NCBI GenBank assembly: GCA_048213135.1
Contig: PS015383.1
Coordinates: 114,598-151,780 of the forward strand
Reading direction: 5' to 3'
Source: Reclinomonas americana ATCC 50394
Lineage: Eukaryota
Length of the DNA: 37,183 nt
A program made the translations under genes and the position numbers. Numbering within the stretch: position 1 is the first letter of the stretch; each line of letters begins with the position of its first letter. The notes under the pieces are model-generated. The model was not told where the DNA came from. It was given only the letters and a program-made list of their open reading frames with translations, and did not search any database. Below are positions 1 to 14,300 of this stretch, piece by piece.

Positions 1-16
1 CGTCGTCGTTCTTCTC

Positions 17-17
<1 letters not shown>

Positions 18-70
<53 letters not shown>
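18..70. repeat. (CT)n microsatellite
   Basis: Perfect CT dinucleotide run, seen directly. Confidence 0.95.
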
Positions 71-75
<5 letters not shown>

Positions 76-129
76 TGACTCGATGTCTCACACACGCATG
101 GATGTCCTCGGTGCCACAGCCTCCGTCCA

Positions 130-549
130 TTGCACGCAGCAAGCGCACTGCACCGCGCGGCTTCTCGACCAATCGCGCCGGCAATCAGGAACCCAAACCG
201 CCATCGCAGCCACCACCAACTGGCTCGTTTGTCCGCAAGTCGCAGTCGGCGCCGTCAATCGTGCGGCAGCCACGCAACAATAGCGCCCGCCAGCGCAGTG
301 CAGGTGCGTCGTCATTGTTCGCAGAGCGTGTCAGATCCTGCATCTCAACCACCGTGCATCACAGCGCCCAACTCGGACCGCTCGCCCGAGCGCAAGTCTC
401 TCTCCCCACAGCGCTCCGACGACGTACCCGAAGATCTCTTCCCACCGATGCGGTTACACTCGGCCGTGCGCAACACCTTCTTCCACCAATCAAAGGAGTG
501 GCTGTCGGAGATTGCACAAAACAAGAGCCCCTCGACTGTGCGAGCGTAA
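130..549 (+). CDS. Possible 3' end of an upstream gene, hypothetical
   Basis: The ORF ends ...HSAVRNTFFHQSKEWLSEIAQNKSPSTVRA-TAA(549) and is followed by a T-rich segment convergent with the PDE6D stop. No recognisable motif; exon structure unresolved. Confidence 0.25.
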   Translation: MHAASALHRAASRPIAPAIRNPNRHRSHHQLARLSASRSRRRQSCGSHATIAPASAVQVRRHCSQSVSDPASQPPCITAPNSDRSPERKSLSPQRSDDVPEDLFPPMRLHSAVRNTFFHQSKEWLSEIAQNKSPSTVRA

Positions 550-672
550 TGCTCACTTTAGTGACCTAGGATTATGTATGAATGTTTGATGTTTGGTTGT
601 TACCGCACGCACGCTGCATTTTTTCATCCTTCGTCACACCATCGCACGTCTCTCCCTTCCACACCTATGTAC

Positions 673-1421
<749 letters not shown>

Positions 1422-1636
1422 TGATCGCCCTGTTCTCCACGCGCAGTGATGATGAGTTCCCCACAACACACGCGCACGCGCACACATATACAGTGAGACA
1501 CGCACACTCTCACTCACCTCTCTGTAACGACACGCCGACAGACAGATAAGGGGCGCGCTGTGGGACACACACGTCCTTCTTCTTATCTCGCTCTGTGTGT
1601 GTGTGTGTGCGTGTGTGTGCGTCTCTTGCTCTGCCC

Positions 1637-2317
1637 ATGACACAACGGAATCGCGTAGTGACGGCCACTGCGTTTGCGCAGTTGCTGAAGCTTGAAGTAG
1701 GAGTTGCGGATGCATGATGCGCGCGCAATAACTATTTCTTGACACACTCACTCACCCTGCACGCCTTCACTCACCACCCACAGGAGGACTGGTCGCTGAC
1801 ATCTCAAGGCCTGTTTGTTGCATTCCAGAAGAGCAGAGTGTTTCGATGGACAGCGTATCTGGTGAGCGTGTGTGTGGCTTGTCTCTCATCTTGCACGCAT
1901 GCATGTAATCGGTCTCTCATGCTCAACTCACAGGGCGGCATCTCGTGCTGGCTCGCTCGCTTCGCCAACTTCTTCTCGGCCGTTGTTCTCATGGCCATGG
2001 GCGGGTCGGACCAAGTGGGCACCGACGGCATTCTGGGCGCCTCAGTCGCCTTCAACACCACACAGTTCTTCGCCACTCTGCTGGCCATTCTCACGCTCAC
2101 GTGCGGCAGCTCGCATCAGATCGGGAAAGTGGGTCGCTTCTTGTCTGTGGCCCAATTCATGACCTTCATCGCCGAGATCTTCACGTGGGTGCGCTGGAAC
2201 AAGCTCATGGCCATTGGGCTGTACGGCAAGGCCTACGTGATAATCGTCACCATTGACGCCTGCACGTATCCATTCTTCCTCACCATGCAGTGGATCATGC
2301 GCGCGTGCTGTTGTTGA
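1637..2317 (+). CDS. Small multi-pass membrane protein of unknown family; probably 3 exons
   Basis: Exons approx. 1637-1702, 1784-1861 and 1934-2317. Several hydrophobic helices (FANFFSAVVLMAMGG; FFATLLAILTLTCG; FLSVAQFMTFIAEIFTW; AYVIIVTIDACTYPFFL), high GC3, ends MRACCC*. Start codon uncertain. Confidence 0.6.
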
Positions 2318-2383
2318 TCTACCGAATACCAGTCAGTAACATGCTTTGTTGTTGTTTTACTACGTGTTCTCTTTCCCTCCACG

Positions 2384-5300
2384 TCAGTGCGGACCAAAGG
2401 CTGTGCACAGGCACGAAAGTGAGACAGCGGAGGAGTCATTCTTCGCGCGCATGTGTGTGTGTACGTACCGTACATGGGTGTCGACAGTGGTGGATGAGCG
2501 GCGGGCGGGAGCAGTGTTGGTGGCGGTGGTGGGCGCACCGGGTTGGAGGCTGTTGTGGATAGTGCGTAGCCTGATGACCGCCTGCCGAGCGATGGACCGG
2601 CAGAGGCGGGTGCCAGTCGTTGAATCATGTGACCGCCGCCCAGTACCATGTTGTCGGCTCGATGATCGCGACCGGAGCCGCCGCCACCGGAGGGCGACGA
2701 AGATCGCGGCGACTTGTACATGGCGATGCCTGAGGCGCGCAGTATGAGTCAGTGCATGGTGCAGAAGAAATCAACAGCAGGGAACAACAAATCGCACCGG
2801 TCTCGTCAAACGCGCCGCCGGGCAGGGCGACAACAGCGGATGGAGGGGCGTCAGTACGAGCCGTCAACACAGACCAGGTGGTGAGGTCACGCTGGGTATC
2901 TTGCCCGATGCCACCGGCACTGAAAGCACGAGCGGAAGCACTCTTGATGTTTCGGCGCTCCAGCACACGCTCCCGTGCGCTCAACTGGCGCGCCAAATCA
3001 CGATCCTAGTATCAACACGGTGAGGTCAGCAGCGGCGCGCTCACTCGGACGGAGATTGATGCGCCCACTTACCTCTTTGTCGCGCAGCAGTTGCTCGCGT
3101 AGTTGGTTGGAAATCACCACAGCACGCTTGCGCTTCTCGTACTCCTCGTCCATGAGATTGGCAAGCTTGGACCGACGCTCGGTGCTGTCACGCACAGTTA
3201 AGAAATCGCTAAAAGTACACGGCAAACACAAGTCACTTGCCTCTCGTGCTTGCGCGCCGAAACCTCGGCTCGTCGTCGGCGCTCGTCCTCCACCTTTCGT
3301 CTGGCAATGTCGGTCGTGCGCGACAGCTTGTCGACCATGTTTACGTGCCTGCGTGCACGAACGTTTACGTGAGCGACGCCGACCGCAATAGTCACGAACG
3401 ATCTCATGCGTGCAATGCAGCCTGACCTGATAAAGTCGTCCGGTGTCACCTTGGGTTCCTCTGCATCTTCGTCGACCGCCGGTCGCGCGGTGTGTCTTGC
3501 GCTCAATTCGCGAGTTCGCTGCTGCTCGGCCAGCTGCCGTAATCTGTGTGCCCGCTTCAACGCCTCCCGATCGTACTTGTTGTTGCCGGCCTTCTCTTGT
3601 CTGTACACGCACGCAAAGTTAACNNNNNNNNNNNNNNNNNNNNNNNNNNNNNNNNNNNNNNNNNNNNNNNNNNNNNNNNNNNNNNNNNNNNNNNNNNNNN
3701 NNNNNNNNNNNNNNNNNNNNNNNNNNNNNNNNNNNNNNNNNNNNNNNNNNNNNNNNNNNNNNNNNNNNNNNNNNNNNNNNNNNNNNNNNNNNNNNNNNNN
3801 NNNNNNNNNNNNNNNNNNNNNNNNNNNNNNNNNNNNNNNNNNNNNNNNNNNNNNNNNNNNNNNNNNNNNNNNNNNNNNNNNNNNNNNNNNNNNNNNNNNN
3901 NNNNNNNNNNNNNNNNNNNNNNNNNNNNNNNNNNNNNNNNNNNNNNNNNNNNNNNNNNNNNNNNNNNNNNNNNNNNNNNNNNNNNNNNNNNNNNNNNNNN
4001 NNNNNNNNNNNNNNNNNNNNNNNNNNNNNNNNNNNNNNNNNNNNNNNNNNNNNNNNNNNNNNNNNNNNNNNNNNNNNNNNNNNNNNNNNNNNNNNNNNNN
4101 NNNNNNNNNNNNNNNNNNNNNNNNNNNNNNNNNNNNNNNNNNNNNNNNNNNNNNNNNNNNNNNNNNNNNNNNNNNNNNNNNNNNNNNNNNNNNNNNNNNN
4201 NNNNNNNNNNNNNNNNNNNNNNNNNNNNNNNNNNNNNNNNNNNNNNNNNNNNNNNNNNNNNNNNNNNNNNNNNNNNNNNNNNNNNNNNNNNNNNNNNNNN
4301 NNNNNNNNNNNNNNNNNNNNNNNNNNNNNNNNNNNNNNNNNNNNNNNNNNNNNNNNNNNNNNNNNNNNNNNNNNNNNNNNNNNNNNNNNNNNNNNNNNNN
4401 NNNNNNNNNNNNNNNNNCGGCGAGCGACTCGCGCGGCGACTGCGCCGAGTCGTGAACCATGGCGCCGTCACGCCTGCCCTCCAGCGTCAAATCCTCGGTC
4501 GGCTGCCGTGAGCCTGGCATAGATCCGAGGAAGCGTTTCGACAAGGTCCCCGTAATGAACGGCAGATCCGAAGCAGCTGCCGAGGCCAACTCCGCGCGAT
4601 TTGGTATTGTGAGTGACGGTACGAGTGGATGCTGTCCCTCCGACGACGTATCCATGCCTCCGTTTTGCATGGATGTCAGCGTGGACGACAGCGTCACAGG
4701 CTGCGACTGAACAACGGTGGTGCCCGTGTGCATGACACGCCGATGTACACCCGCGCGAATGCTGATGCGACGCGGTGTCAAGTGGACCATGACAGGCAAA
4801 TGATCTCCAGTGGAACGCGCCGTCCCTGTGCACGGGAGGTGGTGAGTTGGATGTCGCCGAGTAAATCTAGTGCCCGCAATCCAACTCACCAATTCTGGTC
4901 AGCAGTCGATACAGAGGCACCTTGACGGCATCCGGCATCGAAGCAATGGCCGCTGCGGCACCGGCGGCATCGGCTGTGTGCGAGAAGAAGCACGCGTGTG
5001 GGTGGCGAGATGGGGTGACTGCGAAGTAGTGGCGACGCACTTGCGGCAGGATCACGAGAGGCGAATACTTTGTTGCGCGCAGATATCATTTGTTGTTCGC
5101 GAGCCATGCGCTCGTCATGAGCCTGCTGCTTGGCTCGCGAGCGCTGGAGCAGCGCATCGACACGACGATTCTTGAATTCCTGGAGCCACACAAGACATGA
5201 TTGAGCGACATGCAGTATGTGCGACAGGGAGAGAGCAAAGACCCACTCAACTCGCCACGCCCGCTGGAATATCCGTGCCGCGTGCTCCATTCTGCGCGCA

Positions 5301-8300
5301 AGCAATGATGAATGGCTGTGTTCGCGCTCACTGACAACCCGCGTGCGCACGCATACCGCAGAGCAACCGAGTCAACCATAAAGTACACGAGCGAATCCGC
5401 TGGTCGATGGCACAGAATACCAAACAGCAAGCAGCGGATCCACACTGTGCGCAACAAGCCAGTCAGTGTTTTTGGTCGGGGCTGTTTTCGAGAGTAGCTC
5501 ACGTGCACAAACCAGTGCGCGCATCGTCGTAAGTAAAGAGCACAACATCCTGCACGCCGCCAACAGACTCCATATACAATCTGCGTCAACACAGACCCGC
5601 GTCATGCAAAAGTCAACCGATTCGACATGTGTGCGCGCATGGCACTGCAGTACCTCAAATTCTCGTCCAGCCTGCACGCCACCTCCACAGTGGATGCTGG
5701 AATGTGCGACATGCGCGATCCCCAGCGCACCACCGACGAGAACTTGCGCTGCCGCCAGTAATAAATGTCGACACCATCTGTGGTGTGTGTGCGCTGTGTC
5801 AGGGCGCGGCACGCAGTACTCAGCGCATGAACACTTTCTCTCGCAACTTCGTGGCGGAACATACTGCGCCATCGTGTTCTTCAACCACGCCGGCACGAAC
5901 TCGTACTTGCGTGGGGCCGCAATCATACACACTTTTTCTGAATCCTCTGCCAGCTCTGCGCCGCAACACAAGGGTTGAGAAGCCAATCACCAACATGTTC
6001 TGACCACTCACTGTACACACCCTGAACCGTATCGGGACTGGCTGGCTGGAGCGGATCGCTCTGGCAGTGAGACACAAGCAGTGAGGCAAGCGCAAGGAGA
6101 GCAAGAACACGCAGCACATCCACACATGCCTTTAGCGTGTACGCATAGCAGACGGCAATCGCCTGCTCTGGAGCCAATGCGCGTGGTTGAATAGAGTCCA
6201 GCCACTCGGCACGCTCCATGGCCGACGCCGGCAAAAGTGCAAAGCGCGAGTTCATGGTGACATTGTGCAGTGCACGCGCGTGCACCACAATGTACCAGCG
6301 TAGCCTGTGCGCGTAAAAGAGATGAGTGGCACGGCACGCACGTCGACACATGGTGACAACAAGTCGTGAACGCACCGTCCAATCGTACCACGCCACCACC
6401 GCTGGATGCATACGGCTGCACGACGCCACTGCACGCGCTCAAACAATGGCGGCTGCAGCGCACGGAGGGCACGATATGCCCTCCACGAGGCCTTGTGGAC
6501 ACGAAAGTGAGACCAAAGGCAAGGTGAGACGCCGGGTGAATGAACACCATGTGCACCTGAATACTCGTGGCCGCGGCATCCTCTTGCAGTGTGCGTGCAT
6601 CGTCGATAATGTACCTGGGTGGGAGGAAAAGAAGTGGTCGTGTGAGGCAGAAGAAGCACGCACTGGAGGTTGGAAAAAACTAACCGTCCGCCAGTCAAGT
6701 ATCGCATGGCGACCACGAACGACGCGGCTCGGTAGCGATCGCGCAACTCCAGCCACAGCAGCTCATGCGGAAACCCATGCTGTTGACTGTCCTGCATAAC
6801 ACTGTGCAGCTTCTGCAGCTCGCTCTCCCTGAACATCGCAAATGTAGTGTCAGCCATCAGACTGAGATCGGCGTGCGGTCAGTCGCCTCTTGCCGCACCT
6901 CACAAAACTGCGTCGATGCACGTTCGACGGCAGTCGAGGCATGCAGAATGTGCGCAACCGATGGTTGCGTTGAAGCGTGCGAATGCTGTTGGCAGCCGGC
7001 AGGAGGCGCACGGGGAGGTTGGACGGCGACACTACGTGCGATCCGTACACGTCTTTCGACTCGGCGGCGGTGGCCGTCGGCAGCTGCCCATTCTCCGTCA
7101 GGAGAATGACACCGAGTGTACCCAGATCGCATGGACTGTAGGAATTGGCAATGGTGCTGGCCAGCTGCAGTGCGCGCTCCACCACCGGTCGCAGGGGTGC
7201 CGGAAACGCGTAACACTACACCACAACACAACACACGTCAGCGCGACTGCGCAGAGAAGCGGAAACTCGCAAGGCGTGAACTCCACCTGCACTGCCGAGA
7301 GACGAGCAGCCAGCTGACGGCGCATTTGCATGCGTGTGCGGAACCTGCGTTGAATCGTGACTGCTGCACGCTGGCGCACGATCGATCGTGGAGGATGGAC
7401 TCTGCGAGAGGGTGTGAGTGTGTGACGATCGCGGGGGACGAATATACAAAGCGAGGCAGGAGCGAAACTTGCGAACGACAATGCCGCGGAAGATGCGTTG
7501 GATTTGTGTCGCGGCGTGTCGTGCTCGATCGCGCTCCACAATAAACTTGCGTCGTGTGAACCACATGCGCATGACACTCTGAATGCACGCCGCGGCCGAC
7601 GCACGCGACGACAGTGCACGAACGCGCAGGCGCAGTCGATCGATGAACCACGCTCGCTTGCCCGAGCGCCAAAACTGCACGGCAAAGAGACCCGCATCGC
7701 CCGTCAAGTTCGGCACGAAGCATCGAGTCGACGAGCGACCCCACACTGGGTTGTCGGCTTGGAGCCCTGCGACGCACGAAGGTGAGTGAATGATCACATC
7801 GCACACCGTGTGTGTGTGTCTGTCACCTTGCACAACGTCCTCGTCGACCACCACGTGCTCGTCGAGCAGCACGAGTCGTGCGCTGAGATGGTTAATGGCG
7901 AACTCGCGATAGTTGGGATGCATCGCCACCGGATTCTGGAACAGCGTGAGGATCTCCAGCTGCGTCAACACCGCCTACACGCACACACAAAGGAGTGAGT
8001 TGCACACACTCACGGTCGGTCTCAGGAGAGAGACGAACCAACTCGCACAGATTGCGCAGACTGGAAATGTAGTTGCGATGCAGCAGCAGCACACGCAGAT
8101 TCGGCAGCGACTGCCACGTGCGCGCCGACGCCGGCAATCGCTGCAGTTGATTTCCGTGCAGATCGAGCACTTGCAGGCCGTGCAGATCCCACACAAACGG
8201 TGCTGGGGGGCAATCATCATCATGATGAGATACAGCGTGGTGATTGATCGCGTCATCAGCAATCACTGACGCAACTCGACACCATGTCCGTGAGGAACAG

Positions 8301-8633
8301 ATTGCGCAGTGAGCAGCCGTGCACGTTGCGCAGGTCGTCGACTGGCGGCGCAGTCAGCTGTCCCAACAGCACCGGCTGCAACTGCGTGGAATCGGGGCCG
8401 AGCCACGACGCGTTCTCCTCTGCTCGCGCCACTGCGTTCTGTTGCTCGACCTCAGCAATCGAAGGACGCTGCTGTTGCTGCTGCTGTTGTTGCCGCTGTC
8501 GCCGCCTTCGCACCTCCACTGGATCGTTCTCATCGGGCCACAGACGCTGTCCGCCAGCGGTGCTCGGCAGTCGCGACGCAGCCGCCTTGGCAGCCTCCTC
8601 GGCCCGCTGACGCGCTGCCTTTTCCTCAAACAT
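2384..8633 (-). CDS. Leucine-rich repeat and IQ-motif protein, LRRIQ3-like; many exons, spans the gap at 3624-4417
   Basis: N-terminal LRRs (LQVLDLHGNQL, LRVLLLHRNYISSL, LEILTLFQNPV..HPNYR...LDEHVV.DEDVV) followed by several IQ motifs (IQSVMRMW, IQRIFRG, IQRRFR, IQASWRAY, IQRWWRG, FQRAWR), then coiled-coil and Pro/Ser-rich C-terminal exons ending YAFGPH-TGA(2384). That everything across the gap is one gene is an inference. Confidence 0.7.
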
Positions 8634-9012
8634 CCCACTCGGCTCCGTGTGTTGTTGTGTTATGTGTGTGGTCGTTGGTCGTGCTCGCGCGTGCGGAGGT
8701 TTGGCGGGAGAGGTGCTGACCGTTGGGATTAATTTTTGGGACGAGCGAGAAAAGTTCAGTCTTTCTCATATGCCCGCATCGCACACCGATGTAGGTATAG
8801 TTGGAATCAGCGCATGTTAACGTTCCCCATTTATGAGATTCCAGTCACGAGGCGCGCCAAATTAGAAACTGATTATGGCGAATGTGGATGTGCGCACGGT
8901 TATCACTTTCAATCGAAACCAGCATTGTTGATCCCCGCGACGGAGCGAACATATAGTCCCCCACCCTTGCCCCCACACCCTACTTGCCACATTCACACAC
9001 CCCTCGTCAGCC

Positions 9013-10203
9013 ATGGAGAGCGACGCCAGTCAAGTGATCAACGCCTACATTCAGCGTCTGCTGAGCTCTCCCACCGCCGCCACTTCGAGCCTCGCCGGCG
9101 CGCTGCCGCCGCCGGCCGCTCCGCGAAAGGCACAGCCACTGCCACGCGCGCGCTACGCACACCTGCAGCAGGAGACGGCCTTTAGTGCCGCCGCCATGGA
9201 GCGACTGCAAGTGGAGAACACTGTGCTGGTGCAGCAGGTGGAGATGTTGAAGCTGCAAGTGGACACGGAGCGCCGCCTCCGACGCGAGGCCGAAGACAAT
9301 GTGAGCACGGCGCTGGCGGCTGCTGCGCGTCAGATGGCGCTGCGCAAGTTCAGCGGTGTGCCCACGCTGCTGACGGACGACGACGCCGTATCGTCGCTCG
9401 GAGATGCCAGCGATGCCGGATTGCCGAGCCCGGCCGCGTCTGCAACCACGCATCTCCTGCTGCCGTCGTCGACCACTCGCCGACAGACAATCTCTGTCAT
9501 GACACACGCACTACCCCAGTCACGCTTCGACGACAACACGCCACCTGCGCGCCACCTGTCCTCCGGCAGCATGCTGGCCGACGACGAGCACGAACATCGC
9601 GACAACACCGAGGAGGAGGAGGAGGAGACCAGTACAGAAGGAACCGAGCGTCGCACACGGCGGCAGCGCTTTGCCTCCCCCGCCACGATGACGACAATGG
9701 CAACGACGCGCCATCACAAGCGACGATTCAAGTCGACTTTGGTGCGCTCGAAAAAGACGACGAGCAATGGTGCGCACAGTCGCATTCGCCACACCTCCAA
9801 CGCCATATGCAACTCGGAGGCGACGTCCAAGACCGATCATGTCGGCAAGGCGCCTGCCGCCGCGGTCGGCGAGGACACGCTGCGCAAGTACAAACTCAAG
9901 AAGGCGCTGCGCCGTCAGCGTCTGTTGCAACAGCAACAACAACAACAGCAAAAGCAACATCAGCAGTCGCACTCGCACTCCGACGAGTCGGTGACCAATG
10001 TCGACAGCAACACTGGCGAAAAGTCGCGGGAAATCTGCGCCGAGCTGGTCATTGATCCCAGCCTTGAGGCCGCCGCCGCCGCCGCCCAACAACGGCGCAA
10101 GTCGAGCTCCGCCCTGCAGATCTCGCCGCTTCACCGAGCTCTCCTCCAGTCCAGTCTGCGGCAGGTCACCAACGCGACCGCCAACACGGCGAGGGCGCAG
10201 TGA
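9013..10203 (+). CDS. Hypothetical intronless protein with N-terminal coiled coil and low-complexity poly-E/poly-Q regions
   Basis: 396-aa ORF with good start context (gccATGG) and heptad-like MERLQVENTVLVQQVEMLKLQVDTERRLRREAE; TGA-TAA stops are followed by an AT-richer 3' region. Confidence 0.7.
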   Translation: MESDASQVINAYIQRLLSSPTAATSSLAGALPPPAAPRKAQPLPRARYAHLQQETAFSAAAMERLQVENTVLVQQVEMLKLQVDTERRLRREAEDNVSTALAAAARQMALRKFSGVPTLLTDDDAVSSLGDASDAGLPSPAASATTHLLLPSSTTRRQTISVMTHALPQSRFDDNTPPARHLSSGSMLADDEHEHRDNTEEEEEETSTEGTERRTRRQRFASPATMTTMATTRHHKRRFKSTLVRSKKTTSNGAHSRIRHTSNAICNSEATSKTDHVGKAPAAAVGEDTLRKYKLKKALRRQRLLQQQQQQQQKQHQQSHSHSDESVTNVDSNTGEKSREICAELVIDPSLEAAAAAAQQRRKSSSALQISPLHRALLQSSLRQVTNATANTARAQ

Positions 10204-10402
10204 TAATTGGAATGCTCAGCGAGAAAAGACATGTACACAGAACAGTTGTAAATGAGAATTAAATGCAATGCATTTCGTGCACTGGAGGGAGGGAGAGAGG
10301 TAAAGAGGACAAGGGAGAAGAGGGGGAAGCAAGTCAGAAGTTGGTGTGGTCCCACTCTCGAGAGGACATTGCTGCGGTTTCTGTAAATCTTCTTTCCCAC
10401 GC

Positions 10403-11457
10403 ATGGACCGCGCTGGGTTGCGCATATGGCTCGGTTCACTCTGTGTGAGTGGCAGTGAGCTGTGGCGACTGCTGAAGGAATGTGTCGAGCAGGGAGTGCG
10501 ACTCGTTGATCTGGTGGAGCGGATCCGGAAGGATGAAGTTGATGATGTTTGGCGCTACGACTTGCGCGACTCTCGCACTGGTGGGGCCTTGTTGACGCCT
10601 GAACAACTCTCTCTGCTGATGACGCGGCTGCGGATGATCTCGGTGGTGCAAGTGTCGGCGAAGGAGAGCGATTTTGGCGTCGACTGGGAGTTCAATTTTG
10701 CACACCACGACAGCACCTCCATCTGGCCTGTGTTTGGCTTGGTGGCTTGCGAAGAAGACGAAGGAGTCGATCATGAGTGCCGTGAGTCGCCCACTTCTAT
10801 CGCAATGAGGGAGGCCGACAAGGAGGAGGAGGACGTCGACGACGACTTGTTTGAATTGCTTTCACAATACGCCATCAGCAGAGAAGAACACGACGCCTTT
10901 GTGGAGGAACAGCAAGCCCAGTACCGACAGCTTGTGAATAACCGCAAGCCGAGGCAATTGTCTGCTTCGACACTGAAAGCCGGTGAGTCTCACTTTCGAT
11001 TGCCGTCCTTGCAGTGCGTCCTCGGTGGCTCATCGTTTGTCACGTGCACAGTGCGAGTGATCGATGAAGTACGCGCACTCAGTCGTACTCTGGACCACCA
11101 CTCCGAGGTTGCATCCCTGCGTCCACCTCCGACCGATCGCGCGCGAGCTCGAGAGTGACGCCTCGACATGACTCGCGATCGCGATCTAGCTCGATCGCTG
11201 CGTGAATTCAGATGGAGGATGATCGTGAGGCACATGGTAAGCCGCATTGTGGTATCCTGCGCTGCACACGAGATGGACCGCTACCTGTACCTGGACCAAA
11301 TTGCAGGGCTTTGCGCATGCAATTGGACGGCTGTTCTTCGAATTCTCCGGATCCGTAGCAAATCAACTGCGATCACGGCGCCGGCGACGTTGCAGCAATC
11401 TTAATCCCGAAGTATGCTCTCGCGATTGTCGACTGCAACATGTATTCGTAGCTCTGA
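10403..11457 (+). CDS. Hypothetical protein, multi-exon
   Basis: Long first exon MDRAGLRIWLGSL...LKA with donor GTGAGT at 10983. Further donors GTAAGC (11237) and GTATGC (11412) join in frame to a stop near 11457. The 3' exon structure is tentative. Confidence 0.5.
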
Positions 11458-11721
11458 GAGTGAACGTGACAAGCGAATGCTTGATGGTGCTCAATCCAAT
11501 GCATATGAATTTTCCGATCCGCAGCTCTCTCAATCATCATCCTCTCGCCGGCGCACGTGTGACCGCTGCCACTCCCCCCGCCTCTGTGGCACACACGCAC
11601 ACGCACGTTACCCAGCTCACATCATCATCATCACCAACGCACCCTCACACCTGCCTTGGCATCGCGCCTCCCCACATCGACCTTGTCCGAAGTCTCCCCA
11701 CCCCGCTGACTCTCCTCCGCC

Positions 11722-14300
11722 ATGGGCTGCGGCGCCAGCAAGAGGCGCGACTCTCTTGATCCGCTGACTCCGCCCCCGCTCCCACCAACTCCCACAACAG
11801 CAGCAGCGGCACAGCGTCCACACACCGTCGATGCCTGCACCGACACGAATGGGCTGTTTGATGTGGACGAGGACGAGGGCAACGGTCGCCTCTTTGGCAG
11901 CGGTGTGTCGGGCGTGGGCGTGATGGGCTCGCCCAGCAGTCGACTTTTGCAGGAGACGGCGAGTCTCACGGGTGACTCGGAGATGATGGTCAGTGGATTG
12001 TTGGCGTCGGCGGGTGGTGAGACGCCGGCGAGTGTGCCGCATGCAGCGGTGACGCTTGGCACACCGCGCTCGGATGGAGGGCGCTCACGGGAGCCCGCAC
12101 TGTCGGAGATGTCGTCACCGGGTCGTGTGCCGTTGCAGGTATGTGACACGAGAGAAGAGAGGCTGTTGGACGTTGCATTGTTCATGAATCGTGGTGCTTT
12201 GGACAGGCACCCCGTTCTCCGTCGCCCGGCGTCAGCCCGGTTCTGTCGCACCAGGTGCCTGTGCACGGGCTACCTCGGAGTGGCACCGAAGAATCACTGC
12301 GCAACATGCTCGGTACGTGTGATATGAACGGCAGTGCTGTTCTGACCTCCCTTGCCTGAGTGCACTCTCTCTCTCCTCACGCAGGTGACAATCGACTGCA
12401 CTCGCCTGCACGCTCCTCGCTCGGCAGTCCACGTTCCAGCGACGCCGGTGACAGTGAGTCGGTGACGCCAGCGGCAGCAAGTACGGCACCGCGTCAAGTA
12501 CTTCCTGCTGGTCTGCAAAAAAAAAGAAAAACCGCCCTCCATACCCTCCTTTTTTGCCACCGCCTCATCCTCTCGTTCACATACAGAGCTGCGGCAGCGA
12601 CTGACACTCGGTCTCTCGCTGCCGACCGAGGAGGAGCCTCTGCGGTCGCCGCTGCGTTCGCCTCGTGCCGATCGCGATGCATCTCGTTCGCCTCGCATTC
12701 CCTCGCCGTACTCGGTTGCGCCGCTCCGCACACCGCCACGTTCGCCACGCAGCGAGTCGCCAGTACCAGGCACCGCCGGCTCAGCGGAACGTATGTCCAT
12801 CCCACCTCCTCTCTCTCGTTGATTGGGGTATGTGCTCACTCGCCGCTTGCAGTGAACGGAGTCAAGGACGACGGTTTTGTCACGGAGGATTCATCGCCGT
12901 CGCCACGACACGAGTACTCACCTCGCGGCCCGACTCCCGGACCGCCACCACCCGTGCTGCGTGCGTAACGTGCAGACTGTGCGCTTTTTCTCACTTGTTT
13001 CCGGTTTTCGACTCATTGATAACAAACGTGCAGCAAATGGCGTGGCCGGAGCCACGGCCGAGGAGTTTATCGCGTACAAGTCGTGGACGTACGAGCATCT
13101 CTCACCACTCGAGCGAGAGATGCTCATCCGGGCGAAAAAGTACAACCACGAAAAGTACTTGCAGCAGATGCGGCTCCGGCACTCCATGTTTTTGCATCAG
13201 CGCGAGGTGGGTGGGGCGCAGGCTGCGCACGGAAAAAATCATGGTTCCTTGTGTCGCTCACATTCGCTGTTTTCCTCTGTCAGACGGTGCGGCAGAGACT
13301 CGAGCTCAAGCGCAACACTCTTGGGCAAAACGCCTCGATGCCACTGAATGCGTCCTTGGACTCCAGTGTGCACTTGTTGCAGCAGCAGCAGCAGCAGCTA
13401 CACGATTCGCCCGGTCACGTGTCGTTCGCGCGACCGTCGACTGCACCCGAGCGTCCCCAGTCAGCCGTGGAGGGCAGACGTACGGTTTCCTCGCCGGCAC
13501 CGCCGGCACCCCTCCGACCGCAATCGGCCACTGGTTTCACTGGTCGCCAGTCGTTCCGCACGCGTCGACAGGAGATGCTGTCGCTGGATCAAGTCGATCT
13601 GGATGTGGATGCCGATGCGATCTCGTTGGGCATTATGAACGAACGCGCCAACGACAACCCCAACAATCCGCTCTTCTTCGCGCCCAGCCCGATTCCGCGC
13701 ATTGTGCCGCGTCCGCGTATTGTGCCACCCTCCTCGGGACGGCCTCCAGCAGGCCGATCGCCACCGCGCCGTTCTCCGCCTACGTCCCCACAAAATCATT
13801 CATCTCCACCGCCGCCGCCGCCGCCACCCCCGCGAAGACCATCGCCCACTCGGTCGGGTCCGACGCGACTGGGTGCCGGCGTAACGAGGCGGCCGATCAC
13901 GACCTCGCAGTCGGCCGCGCTCCTCTCTGTCGACAAGGTTCGCATCGGCAAGGTCAACACCACCCTGGACGGTGAGATTGCCATTCTCCGCGAGCAATTT
14001 GAGCGCTTCCCGGAACTGCGACGTGCCCTGTCGCCCAAGAGCCGACGGCGGCCGACAGTCGGTCCAATCAGTCCGCCTTCACCACTGGCGACAGCAGGCG
14101 GTGCGTTAGCGGGTGGCACGCGGTCGCCCGTCGGCATCAGTCCGATTGGAGTGGGAGGCAGGAGGCCACCGTCGCCTGCCGAGCTCGCCACGCCCTTTGA
14201 GTTCACGAGAACGCCACCGGACGTGTTGCATGCGGCCAACTGCGAGCGCGTCATGAACGAGGCGTTCAGAATAGGCTTCAAAAACATGTCGATTACGTGA
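11722..14300 (+). CDS. Hypothetical Pro/Ser/Arg-rich protein with an N-terminal dual-acylation motif (MGCGASK)
   Basis: Starts [13 protein letters not shown] introns link the ORF pieces, including a helical segment [41 protein letters not shown], and a long last exon ends FKNMSIT-TGA(14300). Confidence 0.65.

Noticed and set aside
3198-4892. Long ORFs in the ORF track here and at 29956-31497 and 35128-36752
   Set aside because: Their length comes from translating through N-gaps.
6061-6130. Possible GC-AG intron (AAG|GCATGT) in the LRR-IQ gene
   Set aside because: An in-phase GT donor lies 6 nt downstream, and the two cannot be distinguished without transcripts.
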